From IMG/VR virus record IMGVR_UViG_3300008261_000015: a stretch of DNA of 64,000 bases; one strand, written 5' to 3'. The notes beneath the pieces were generated by a model, which saw nothing but the letters and a program-made list of their open reading frames with translations, did not search any database and was not told the DNA's origin. This DNA is from an uncultured virus (IMG/VR IMGVR_UViG_3300008261_000015) (Duplodnaviria > Heunggongvirae > Uroviricota > Caudoviricetes). Of this stretch, positions 6,260-16,289 are shown piece after piece; the stretch's first letter is position 1, and each line of letters opens with the position of its first letter. A program made the translations under genes and the position numbers.

Positions 6260-9200
6260 ATGAGATTTTCGGACTTTCTATTAGTAAGCGATCCTGCGGA
6301 TTTAGACTTCATTGTTGGTTATGCTGATGATCAGAACATTAGAATTGATGTGTCTGATTTTTTTGCTAGTAACATTAGTGGATCTGGGACACCTGGTTAT
6401 GTTCCTGTTTTTACATCAGCACAGGTAATAGGTGATTCAGTTATTTTTCAACATGGGTCAAACATTGTAATCGGAGGTGTAAATTCTCTAGGTTACAAGC
6501 TTGCTGTTAGTGGAAGTCTTTACGCTTCAAATGGAGCCGTAATAAATAGTACTATTTCAGGTGCTGACGCACTTAGAGTTATTGGTGGGGATGGTGACAT
6601 TTTTGTTATCCCAAACGACTTAGGTCAGCCAATATCTAGCTTAAGACGTATAAACCATCCGCCTGCTGTTCTCACAACTGAGTCTGCAACTTTAGGTCAG
6701 CTTAACAGCGCTATATCAACCCTTGAGGGAGATATTGAGATTTTGTTAGATCTTAAGGTTGACAAAACTTCCGTAGGAGTTCCTAACGGGGTTGCTTCTT
6801 TGGATGCTGGCGGTAAAGTGCCATTGTCTCAAATTCCTGACTCAATCATTGGCCAGGTACAGTACATGGGAACCTGGAACGCGCTTACTAATACACCAAC
6901 ACTAAATCCTCTTGTACCAGAAGAAAAAGGACACTACTACGTTGTTTCTGTAGCTGGAGTATTTGGAGGTGTAGATTATGCAGTAGGTGACTGGATTATA
7001 TCTAATGGATTAATTTGGGAGAAGGTAGATAATACTGATGCTGTTACAAGTGTCTTTGGAAGAATTGGAGCTATCCTGGCTTTGGAAGCAGACTACCAAT
7101 CTTTCTACCCAAGACTTTCTCAAGCTTACGATAATCCTACGTGGATTAACACGCTTGCTTTCTCAAAGATTACTGGCGTTCCTCCATTCCTTTTGGAGAA
7201 CCAAACCATAACGCTCTCTGGAGACATTACGGGCAGCGGTAAGACGTCCATTTCTACAACCATATCAGATAATGCTGTAACAGATTCGAAGCTCAGGAAC
7301 AGCGCAGGAACGTCTGTAATAGGACGTGCGTCATCTACTACTGGTGACCCAGCTGATATCCAAGCTACCACTGATGGACACGTGTTACTTAGATCTGGCG
7401 GGAATTTATTGTTTGGACTTATTTCAAGTGATTCGATTGGATCAATTGACTGGTCAAAAATAACAAACACTCCAACCACATTAAGTGGGTATGGAATTAC
7501 TGACGCTTATACTAAGACTGAGGCTGACAATAAGTTTGTTCCTTATACTGGAGCAAATGCTAACGTCAATCTTGGTTCAAACAATATTACAGCTAACTCA
7601 TTCATAAAAGCTGGAGGTACATCTGCTCAATTCTTGAAGGCTGACGGTTCTGTAGACACTAGTCAATACGTACCTACTACAAGATCGATAAATGCTGGTA
7701 CTGGTTTAACTGGTGGGGGCAACTTGTCATCAGACGTAAATATCGCTTTTGATACTACTTGGGGTGATACCAGGTATGCTTATAGAACTAGACAGTTAAC
7801 AATTAATGGAACTACATACGATCTATCGGCAGATAGAATATGGAATGTAGGTACCGTTACTTCAGTTGGACTTTCTATGCCATCTGCATTTACTGTATCT
7901 AACAGCCCTGTTATAGGAGCTGGAGTATTAACAGTTGTAGGGGCTGGTACTATTTTGGAATATGTTAGGGGAGATGGTTCTTTAGCTACGTTCCCATCAT
8001 TAACAGGGTATGTTCCTTACACAGGAGCAACCCAAGATGTCAACCTTGGCACCTATGGATTAATAGGTGACTTTGCTCAATTTAACACAACAACAACAAA
8101 TATTCCTTCCGCTGAAGGAGTGATGTCCTGGGACAATACTGATGGAACTGTACGTCTATCTGTTAAGGGTAATATATACAGTGTTCCGATTGGACAGAGC
8201 GTGATATCTAGAGTTCGTAATAATACTGATGTTGATTTATTAAGAACGAACTATCAAGTTGTAAAAGTATCTGGAGCTCAAGGGCAAAGGCTTGCTGTTT
8301 CATTAGCTCAGGCTAATAATGACTTAAATAGTGCCTCGACACTTGGTTTGGTTTGTGAGAACATATCAAAAAATCAAGATGGATTTATTATTAATATTGG
8401 TCAGATTGTCAACGTAAACACTACTGGTAATCTTCAGGGTGAAACATGGCTTGACGGTGATGTACTTTACTTAAGTCCAACCATTGCTGGGGCAATTACA
8501 AACATAAAACCAGTTGCCCCTCAGCATACTGTTATTCTTGGATACGTTGAGTACGCTCATGCTAATAATGGTAAGATCTATGTAAAGATTGACAATGGAT
8601 ATGAGCTAGAGGAGTTGCATGATGTTTCTGCTGAACCGTTTGTAAATAATGGATTGCTATACAGAGACACAACTCTTAATCTTTGGAAGAGTGCGACTAT
8701 CTCTACTATCCTTGGATATACTCCAGCCCCTCAAGGTAACTACATTACTTCACTTACAGGAGAGGCTACTGCTAGTGGTCCTGGTGCCGCAAGTGTTACG
8801 CTATCAAACTCTGCTGTAACAGGTAAGGTATTGACAGGATTAAACATAGCAGGAAATGAAATCCTTAGTACGGACTCAATATTAACTGCTTTTGGAAAGC
8901 TTCAGCATCAAGTAAACCAATTAGTTGGTGGATTGCAATATCAGGGTACTTGGAACGCATCAACAAATACTCCTACTATTACTTCAGGGGTTGGAACAGA
9001 AGGCGCATTCTACATTGTAAGTGTAGCTGGTACAACAAACATTAATGGGATTAATGATTGGCAGGTTGGTGACTGGATTGTATTCCATGATGTTGCTTGG
9101 CAGAAGGTCGATAACAGTGATTCAGTAAGCAGTGTATTTGGTAGGGTTGGTAACATTGTTGCTAATCAATCTGATTACTCAGCATTCTATCCTTTAATAG

Positions 9201-12200
9201 CAGATATTAAAAATGGAGTTCTTACTGTTCAGGGAACAGGAGTACTTTCAGGTTCAGGCACATTTAGTGCTAATCAGGCTACTAACAACACGATTACGCT
9301 CACACATAGTTCTATATCAAGAACAGACACAACATCTGCTCAGACTCCGTCTTTTGGTGGATCATTTAATGTTGTTGACAGTGTCACATCTTCTACTGAA
9401 GGGCATATCACTGCTATTGATACTAAGACTGTAACTATTCCTTCTACTGTTGCTACTTCTACGCAAACAGGATTGTTAAGCAATGCTGATTGGATTACAT
9501 TTAATGGCAAGCAGAATACTATTACACTTACAACAACTGGAACAAGTGGAGCGGCTACGTTAATAGGATCTACATTAAATATACCTAACTACGCTCCTGA
9601 TTTAAGTGGATACGTAACTTTAGCTACTGATCAGACTATTACTGGCCTTAAAACTATTGTTAGAGGTGGTGATGTGTTAAACTTTAAGATTGGCACTGAT
9701 ACTCTTTATGGTTTGAGGGTAGCTTATAATCAAAATGAGCTTGTCCCAAGTGGAGAGGCTACATGGAGCTTTGTAAATACTTTCAATAGAAATGGTAGCG
9801 GTTTTGAAACAACTCCTATCTCATTCTTTAGAGGTGTGCTTGTTACAGGAGAAAGACTTTTAAGTGCGTCTATTAACGCAAACCTTCTTGATTACTATGG
9901 TAACAACCCATCTGGTAGATACCCTGTGTATACTTACAATACTGGGGTACAACAGTTCTCTACTGGTATTATTGTTGGAAAGACTACTGGTGTTGTTAAC
10001 GCTGCAACAGGAGCTATTTCTGACTTGCCTTCTGGTGTTGTTGCTAACTTCAATGGTCGAGTTATTGGATCTAACGCTGTAAACTCAAACGAATTTGTTG
10101 CGCTTGGTCAGCTTGGTAGTTATGTTCCAACATCTAGAACTCTTACGATTAATGGAGTAAGTTATGACTTGTCTGCTGATAGATCATGGACTATTACAGC
10201 TGGAGTTTCATCGGTAACTGCATCAAGCCCATTGTTTTCAAGCGGTGGTTCCACTCCTAACATTACCATTCAACAAGCAACTGCATCACAAAATGGATTC
10301 TTATCTAGCTCAGATTGGAATACATTCAATAGCAAAGCAAATGCTAATGGTAGCAACGCAAGTGGTACATGGGGTATTAATATTACTGGTAATGCAGAGA
10401 CTGTTGATGGATTTAGTGCTTCTCAGTCTAATGTTGCAAATAATATTGTTGTAAGAGACTCTAGTGGTTACATCTTTGGTAGCTACATAAACATGACTGA
10501 TGATGGTAATCCAGGAGCAGGAACATCAATTACATCGTTTATTACCAAGCAGGGAGATAATTATTATAGATCTGTTTCTCCTACAAATGCAATGTCTTCA
10601 ATTAGAAGTGTTGCCTCTGGATCTTGGGGTATTAATATTACTGGTAATGCTACGTATGCATTAAACTCTACTAGGCTTTATGCTTCAGATCCTCCATATA
10701 CATACGGGGGTTCATCTCCATATTATATGTACATGAATTATGATGGTGGTAGCTATTGGGAACTTAAAGTTTCTCCAGCTACTCCTGGTACAGTTCGTGT
10801 TGCTTATTCAAATATTTCAGGAAGCTCAGGATCTGCAACAAATCTATATGGGCCAGGAGGATCTTATATTCAAAATACTTCTACAGGAACTTCATATCAA
10901 TATAATTATCAAGTAAGAGAAAATGTTGGAGGGTATGGTAGTACAAATGAAACGTATGCTCCACAATTAGCCTTCCATTGGGCTGGCATAGTAGCATCTA
11001 GTATAATGATGGAATCTAGTGGTAGAATAGCTATTAGAAATAATCCAGGAACTGGTTACGAAAACTTTATAGCTAATAATGTTTGGGCTACAACCGCATT
11101 AAGATCTCCTATTTTTTATGATGAAAATAATACTGCATATTATGTAGATCCTGCATCAGGATCTAGAATGAATTCTATTACCTATGACAATCTTTATTTT
11201 TCAGGAGATACTAGTTATGGATTCCTAGGAAGAAACGTATATGCAGATACAGTAAATGGTAGAGGGTCAGATCCTTTAGAACTTAATTATTACGATGGTG
11301 GAGAGGTTCATATTGGAGCAGGATATTCAAAAACTCTTAGAGCTGGTGCATTATATACTAATGGTGCTGTTTATGGATCTATATTTTATGATTCACAAAA
11401 CACTGCATATTATGTAGATCCTAATAGTACATCAGTATTTAGTAATGTTCAGGCAATTAAAACTTATCAGACTGAAAGATATTTGGATGTACCTGGATCT
11501 AATGATGGGTCATATAGATGGGTTAGATTCCCAATGGGATGGTTTAATGGGGGTGGAATGTCAGCAGAAATTGCTATTTCAAGATCAATTAATGATAATG
11601 GAAACAGTCCTTATGGAGGTTGCACATCTAGATTTATAATAAACTCTCGTGAGTGGCATAGCGGTCAAGATAACATGTGGTATTTTTATACTGAGCATGG
11701 GGCTAATAATGCGGCTAATGGTGCTTATGGTTATTATATTTATCAAGCAGGACCAAGAGATTTAGCTAGTGGAGGTTATTGGTTCTATATGAGGCTTCTT
11801 AGTGGAGTAAGATATAGAATGAGTGTATCTGCTGATATGAACTTTAATGGAAATCAAATGGGTGGTCCTGAATACGATGTTGCGGATCCAGGAGGAATTC
11901 AAAGAATTACATTAGGTTCAGGTGTTATTGGAAGTAATGGTAATTACAATAGATTATCATCACAATATGGATTTTATGGAAGTGACGTAAGAACACCTAT
12001 TTATTATGATTTAGATGATACATTTTATTTAATTGATCCAAATAGTGATTCAAGATTATTAAGATTGGGTATTGGTGGAATAACTCCAGATGTAAGACTA
12101 AGTGTTAGTGGAGACACTCACATATCTAGTACTTTATATATGGGTGGAACAGCTGGTAATTATAATAGCTGGGGATCAAGGACATACATGTCAGGAGGAA

Positions 12201-14197
12201 ACTACTACGTTAATGCTTCAAGGCATGAATGGAATAATGTTGGATATGGATCTACTTGGTCATTTGTAGTAGATGGTGGGGATTCATATATAACTAATTC
12301 TTCAAGAGCTCCAATATTCTATGATTCAAATAACACTGGATATTATTTAGATGCTGCTAGTATATCTAATTTAAACCAAGTTAACTTACAAGGATTCCTG
12401 AGAAGAAATACATCAGCGGCTGGTTATTTAGAAGGGAATTATGGAAATGCCACAAGTGCGAATAGTTCAGCTGCAATTTATACAATTGGAGGATCTTATC
12501 AGCCAGGGACTGAGAGTCTTGGAAACATGTATGGAATTGGTTACACAGTTGGTAATGGAAGTCCTAATCCAGGGCTTGGAATGGGGGGGTGGGGTCTTTA
12601 TGTGGCTTCTGGTGGAACATCTCGTATATTTTTAGATTCAGATAGTGGTGTAGGTATATCTACAAATTCATGGAGAGCTCCAATTTTCTACGACTCTAAT
12701 AACACTAGTTATTACTTAGATCCTGCTAGTACATCAGTACTAAATGGGTTAACGATAGGAGGAAGAACAGCTTTAAATACTGCATATTATCCATTTCACT
12801 CTGGTAGAGATTTTCCAAGTGGAACATTAGTTCAAACTAATATTAACTATTCTGTTACGTACGGAGATCCTTTTATTTTAGAAATTACAGGAAATGCTTA
12901 TGGGGCTCTTATACCTTTTGATATTCAAGTTCAGGGTTATATTTATTCTGACACTATTATTAACGCGGGGGGTATTTCTAATGGAACAAATATTAGTGGA
13001 GTAAGGGCGATAAATTTTAATGGCAACTTATGTTTTTGGTGGCCGTACCAATCTTATTGGCAAGGATTTAATGTTAAAGTTTATTCCGCTTATGCGACAT
13101 ATCCTGAAAACAGAGTAACATCTATAACTGATAGTGCTCAGCCAACCACGTCTAAACAATACAATTTTTCAATTAATCAGTCATTTCATACTGCAAACAC
13201 AAGTTTGTTTTCAAGTTATGACATAACATTTAATAGAGCATCATCCAACACGGACATGCGAGCTCCAATATTCTACGACTCTAATAATACTGGATACTAT
13301 GTTGATCCTGCTGGGACTACAAATTTAAATATACTTCAAGCTGGAGAAACATACTCAACTGGATGGTTTAGGAATAATAATTCAAATACTGGTTTATATA
13401 ATCAGAATACAACTCAACATTGGTCTTCTCAGACTAACGGATACTGGGATGCTTCTAGTACTACATCTATATCTGCAATTAGATTTTGGACTGGTGGACA
13501 CGTTACTTCTTTAAGAGGTTATGTATATGCGGATAATGGTAACAACATTGGATTTTTAAATAGCGGAGGTAACTGGTCATTGCTTTGTGACAATGCTGGA
13601 AATATATTTGCTACAACATCATATAGAGCTCCTATTTTCTATGACTCTAATAACACTGGATATTATTTAGATGCTGCTAGTAACTCTAATCTTGCGGCAC
13701 TTCAAGTTCAGACAGGTGTAGCGACCAACTCTTTCTATGCTACTGGTGCTGGTGGACAAATTACAATTACTGCCGCTACTGGTTCATTTGGTGGATATCT
13801 AAGAACTAGTGGGCACATGGTTCTAGATCAAAGTAATACTGGATACAATGTTTATGTACTTGATGGTAATAGTGTAGGTGTTGTTAAGAATGCTGGTTCA
13901 CAATCCTGGTCTGCATTTTCAGATGCAACAATTAAAACTGTTCACTCTACGATGGAAGATAATCTGTCAAAGCTTCAATCTATCACTCCAATTTATTATT
14001 CTTTTAATAACTTTGCAGACGATAAGAATAGAATAGGTTTGATAGCTCAGGAAGTTCAAGAGCATTTCCCAGAACTTGTTGAAGTAGAACCAAGAACTGA
14101 GAAGTTAACTCTTGACTACACAGGATTGATTCCTGTTCTTCTCGGAGCAATTAAAGAACTAAAAACAGAAATAGAAACTTTAAAAAAACAATTATGA
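6260..14197 (+). CDS. long modular tail fibre with C-terminal intramolecular chaperone (peptidase S74-like)
   Basis: 2645 aa, G/T/S/N-rich, internal repeats; ends SD...K...IGLIAQEVQ..FPELV...DY..LIPVLLGAIKEL. Confidence 0.9.
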   Translation: MRFSDFLLVSDPADLDFIVGYADDQNIRIDVSDFFASNISGSGTPGYVPVFTSAQVIGDSVIFQHGSNIVIGGVNSLGYKLAVSGSLYASNGAVINSTISGADALRVIGGDGDIFVIPNDLGQPISSLRRINHPPAVLTTESATLGQLNSAISTLEGDIEILLDLKVDKTSVGVPNGVASLDAGGKVPLSQIPDSIIGQVQYMGTWNALTNTPTLNPLVPEEKGHYYVVSVAGVFGGVDYAVGDWIISNGLIWEKVDNTDAVTSVFGRIGAILALEADYQSFYPRLSQAYDNPTWINTLAFSKITGVPPFLLENQTITLSGDITGSGKTSISTTISDNAVTDSKLRNSAGTSVIGRASSTTGDPADIQATTDGHVLLRSGGNLLFGLISSDSIGSIDWSKITNTPTTLSGYGITDAYTKTEADNKFVPYTGANANVNLGSNNITANSFIKAGGTSAQFLKADGSVDTSQYVPTTRSINAGTGLTGGGNLSSDVNIAFDTTWGDTRYAYRTRQLTINGTTYDLSADRIWNVGTVTSVGLSMPSAFTVSNSPVIGAGVLTVVGAGTILEYVRGDGSLATFPSLTGYVPYTGATQDVNLGTYGLIGDFAQFNTTTTNIPSAEGVMSWDNTDGTVRLSVKGNIYSVPIGQSVISRVRNNTDVDLLRTNYQVVKVSGAQGQRLAVSLAQANNDLNSASTLGLVCENISKNQDGFIINIGQIVNVNTTGNLQGETWLDGDVLYLSPTIAGAITNIKPVAPQHTVILGYVEYAHANNGKIYVKIDNGYELEELHDVSAEPFVNNGLLYRDTTLNLWKSATISTILGYTPAPQGNYITSLTGEATASGPGAASVTLSNSAVTGKVLTGLNIAGNEILSTDSILTAFGKLQHQVNQLVGGLQYQGTWNASTNTPTITSGVGTEGAFYIVSVAGTTNINGINDWQVGDWIVFHDVAWQKVDNSDSVSSVFGRVGNIVANQSDYSAFYPLIADIKNGVLTVQGTGVLSGSGTFSANQATNNTITLTHSSISRTDTTSAQTPSFGGSFNVVDSVTSSTEGHITAIDTKTVTIPSTVATSTQTGLLSNADWITFNGKQNTITLTTTGTSGAATLIGSTLNIPNYAPDLSGYVTLATDQTITGLKTIVRGGDVLNFKIGTDTLYGLRVAYNQNELVPSGEATWSFVNTFNRNGSGFETTPISFFRGVLVTGERLLSASINANLLDYYGNNPSGRYPVYTYNTGVQQFSTGIIVGKTTGVVNAATGAISDLPSGVVANFNGRVIGSNAVNSNEFVALGQLGSYVPTSRTLTINGVSYDLSADRSWTITAGVSSVTASSPLFSSGGSTPNITIQQATASQNGFLSSSDWNTFNSKANANGSNASGTWGINITGNAETVDGFSASQSNVANNIVVRDSSGYIFGSYINMTDDGNPGAGTSITSFITKQGDNYYRSVSPTNAMSSIRSVASGSWGINITGNATYALNSTRLYASDPPYTYGGSSPYYMYMNYDGGSYWELKVSPATPGTVRVAYSNISGSSGSATNLYGPGGSYIQNTSTGTSYQYNYQVRENVGGYGSTNETYAPQLAFHWAGIVASSIMMESSGRIAIRNNPGTGYENFIANNVWATTALRSPIFYDENNTAYYVDPASGSRMNSITYDNLYFSGDTSYGFLGRNVYADTVNGRGSDPLELNYYDGGEVHIGAGYSKTLRAGALYTNGAVYGSIFYDSQNTAYYVDPNSTSVFSNVQAIKTYQTERYLDVPGSNDGSYRWVRFPMGWFNGGGMSAEIAISRSINDNGNSPYGGCTSRFIINSREWHSGQDNMWYFYTEHGANNAANGAYGYYIYQAGPRDLASGGYWFYMRLLSGVRYRMSVSADMNFNGNQMGGPEYDVADPGGIQRITLGSGVIGSNGNYNRLSSQYGFYGSDVRTPIYYDLDDTFYLIDPNSDSRLLRLGIGGITPDVRLSVSGDTHISSTLYMGGTAGNYNSWGSRTYMSGGNYYVNASRHEWNNVGYGSTWSFVVDGGDSYITNSSRAPIFYDSNNTGYYLDAASISNLNQVNLQGFLRRNTSAAGYLEGNYGNATSANSSAAIYTIGGSYQPGTESLGNMYGIGYTVGNGSPNPGLGMGGWGLYVASGGTSRIFLDSDSGVGISTNSWRAPIFYDSNNTSYYLDPASTSVLNGLTIGGRTALNTAYYPFHSGRDFPSGTLVQTNINYSVTYGDPFILEITGNAYGALIPFDIQVQGYIYSDTIINAGGISNGTNISGVRAINFNGNLCFWWPYQSYWQGFNVKVYSAYATYPENRVTSITDSAQPTTSKQYNFSINQSFHTANTSLFSSYDITFNRASSNTDMRAPIFYDSNNTGYYVDPAGTTNLNILQAGETYSTGWFRNNNSNTGLYNQNTTQHWSSQTNGYWDASSTTSISAIRFWTGGHVTSLRGYVYADNGNNIGFLNSGGNWSLLCDNAGNIFATTSYRAPIFYDSNNTGYYLDAASNSNLAALQVQTGVATNSFYATGAGGQITITAATGSFGGYLRTSGHMVLDQSNTGYNVYVLDGNSVGVVKNAGSQSWSAFSDATIKTVHSTMEDNLSKLQSITPIYYSFNNFADDKNRIGLIAQEVQEHFPELVEVEPRTEKLTLDYTGLIPVLLGAIKELKTEIETLKKQL
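11102..13682 (+). repeat. seven RAPIFYDSNNTGYY(L/V)DP-type repeats
   Basis: copies near 11102, 11375, 11990, 12305, 12674, 13259, 13625. Confidence 0.9.
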
Positions 14198-14550
14198 TTT
14201 ACACTTGGAAAGTAACAGGCATGAAGGGCATTGACTTGCCAGAAGAGCCAAACACAATTATCCAGACTTACTGGACAAAGACTGGAGTAGATGAGCAAGG
14301 AAATGAAGGTGTGTTCTCAGGAGCGACTCCTTTCAATCCTGCTGACATTGATCCTGAAAATTTCGTTCCTTACGATCAGCTAACAGAAGAGATTGTACTA
14401 TCTTGGATTCAGGCTGTTGTAGTTGGGTCTTACGAAGAGCATGTAAACGCTCAGATTCAAAAGCAGATTGATGGCAAGAAGGTTAAAGAAGAGCCACTTC
14501 CTTGGGCACCCCCCACACCTGATCCTACACCAACTGCTATCGCAGAATAA
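14194..14550 (+). CDS. tail-fibre-associated protein
   Basis: YTW.V...FVPYDQLTEE.VL.W...LPW pattern, coupled to fibre gene. Confidence 0.7.
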   Translation: MIYTWKVTGMKGIDLPEEPNTIIQTYWTKTGVDEQGNEGVFSGATPFNPADIDPENFVPYDQLTEEIVLSWIQAVVVGSYEEHVNAQIQKQIDGKKVKEEPLPWAPPTPDPTPTAIAE

Positions 14551-14585
14551 AAATTAGTAGTATATTTGCCAAAAATCAAATCATT

Positions 14586-14981
14586 ATGAAAATCAAACTA
14601 AAATACCTAAATCCTCTACGTCAGGAGTTAAATGGTCTATCTGACCAAAACACTGGTCAAGTCTTTTACAAAGGCTTGTTGCTTCAGAATCTTCATTTCA
14701 AGCAGAAGTATCACTTGACAAAACTTGCGAAAGAACTTGATACTGAATTTGAGCAATTGCAGGAATCTCAGAAGGAGCTTTTAAAGAAGCACTTCGGTGA
14801 TGAGCAGCCAGTAGATAGCTTTGAGTTTCGTCAAAGTGAAGAGTTTAAAAACTTTGAGAAAGAGATTACAGATTTCTTTGAAGAAGAGGTTAACTTCTCT
14901 GATTTACAATTCTCAATCGATGACTTTGACTTTAAGTCATCTGAGTCTTATCCAGTCTTTATGGAGTTGTTTGTGAAGTAA
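14586..14981 (+). CDS. acidic helical protein, possible tail assembly chaperone
   Basis: 131-aa ORF after TATATTTG. Confidence 0.55.
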   Translation: MKIKLKYLNPLRQELNGLSDQNTGQVFYKGLLLQNLHFKQKYHLTKLAKELDTEFEQLQESQKELLKKHFGDEQPVDSFEFRQSEEFKNFEKEITDFFEEEVNFSDLQFSIDDFDFKSSESYPVFMELFVK

Positions 14982-15001
14982 TATCACAACATTATGTAAG
15001 G

Positions 15002-15041
15002 GAGTCCCACTTCGGCAGATGCTGTTGTGGGATTTCTTTTT
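15002..15041 (+). terminator. putative intrinsic terminator
   Basis: AGTCCCAC...GTGGGATT stem plus T-run. Confidence 0.5.
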
Positions 15042-15097
15042 GCCAAATTTTATGTCGTAAAAAAGCGCTATTTTTGAGAAAAAAAACGACAAGATAA

Positions 15098-15307
15098 ATG
15101 AGTAATATTCCACCGTTCGAGCAAGTTCTGGGTTTAGGCGTTATAGGGACAGTTACCTCGATAATCGACATGAACGAGTCACTTAAATTCCTAATTTTAA
15201 TATTCACGTTTCTTGGTTTGGTAGTCAAATTATGGGAGCAGATTAAAAAAAGTGAGTTTTTTTTGAATGATGTTACAAATATTTGGCGCAAAATCTTTAA
15301 GAAGTAA
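15098..15307 (+). CDS. holin/antiholin-like membrane protein
   Basis: 69 aa, hydrophobic segments, basic C-terminus, head of lysis cassette. Confidence 0.6.
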   Translation: MSNIPPFEQVLGLGVIGTVTSIIDMNESLKFLILIFTFLGLVVKLWEQIKKSEFFLNDVTNIWRKIFKK

Positions 15308-15309
15308 TT

Positions 15310-15540
15310 ATGAATAAGTTTTTAATTTGGGCAAAAGGGTTTCTATCCGAAAACGGAGAAGCGTCAAGCAAAAGATTTGTTGGAGTGTTTAGTGCTATCG
15401 CGCTTTGTTACACGCTATATGCTAACCACGATGCAGTCAATGAGCCATCTGAGGCTCTTGTATATTCAGTAGCTGCTTTGTCTGCTGCTGCGCTTGGAAT
15501 TAGTGCTGCTGAAAAGATATTCAAAAAACCCACTGAATGA
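15310..15540 (+). CDS. holin-like 2-TM protein
   Basis: SSKRF followed by two TM helices, upstream of endolysin. Confidence 0.7.
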   Translation: MNKFLIWAKGFLSENGEASSKRFVGVFSAIALCYTLYANHDAVNEPSEALVYSVAALSAAALGISAAEKIFKKPTE

Positions 15541-16289
15541 AGAACCTAAGCAAGGAGGAACTATTGAGTCGAATGGAGGCAATTAATCGAAGCAACGCGA
15601 TTATTTACTTCGACTTAAATGGTTTTATTCTTGGGGTAAATGTAATCTTCTTGAAGGCAATGGGGTTAGGTGAAGATGAGCATAACAAATTAATCGGGAA
15701 GCATCACTCAATATTTGTGAGTTACGAATATTCAAAGTCCGATGAGTATACTAAATTTTGGGAAACGCTACGAGACGGGAAGTATTTTGAAGGTGAATTT
15801 GAAAGACGTAAAATAGACGGAAGCCCAATCTATTTGCAGGCGACTTACAACCCAATCTTTGATGAAAGCGGATCGATTACTAAAATAATGAAAATCGCAA
15901 CCGATATAAGTCAAACTATTGTAAGCAAGAATAAAATTGAGGAACTTTCAAATAGTATAAAGGCTGAGTTGGAAAACTCTAACAAGTTAAAAGCTGCCAT
16001 TGAAATAGAAAAGGACGCAGCGCTAAATGACTTGGACGCAACTATCAAGAAGAGTCAAAACGAGTTAATTAAGGTGATTGTAAAGTCTGCTTTGTTCGTA
16101 ATTATGAGCGTAGGATTTATCACCACCCTAATGTACTCCTTTGCAATTTTATCAAATAAGGATACGCAGATTATAGGCTCAACTTGGAGCAATATGTTTT
16201 CAGTATTATTAACAAATGCCTTCTCTATAGTAGGCACAATCATGGGTATTAAATACGCAACTTCAGAAGATAAAAAATCAAAAGAATGA
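15537..16289 (+). CDS. PAS/PAC sensor domain, coiled coil and two TM helices (PAS-holin-like fusion)
   Basis: AIIYFDLNG.I...N..FL...G...LIGKHHSIF...EY..FWETL..G..FEGEF.R....G..IYLQATYNPI.D..G...KIMKIATDIS, then coiled coil and two hydrophobic helices. Confidence 0.85.
   Translation: MKNLSKEELLSRMEAINRSNAIIYFDLNGFILGVNVIFLKAMGLGEDEHNKLIGKHHSIFVSYEYSKSDEYTKFWETLRDGKYFEGEFERRKIDGSPIYLQATYNPIFDESGSITKIMKIATDISQTIVSKNKIEELSNSIKAELENSNKLKAAIEIEKDAALNDLDATIKKSQNELIKVIVKSALFVIMSVGFITTLMYSFAILSNKDTQIIGSTWSNMFSVLLTNAFSIVGTIMGIKYATSEDKKSKE

Noticed and set aside
11102..13682. CRISPR array or DGR template/variable repeat
   Set aside because: Repeats are in-frame coding, irregularly spaced and differ at synonymous sites; no cas or reverse transcriptase gene
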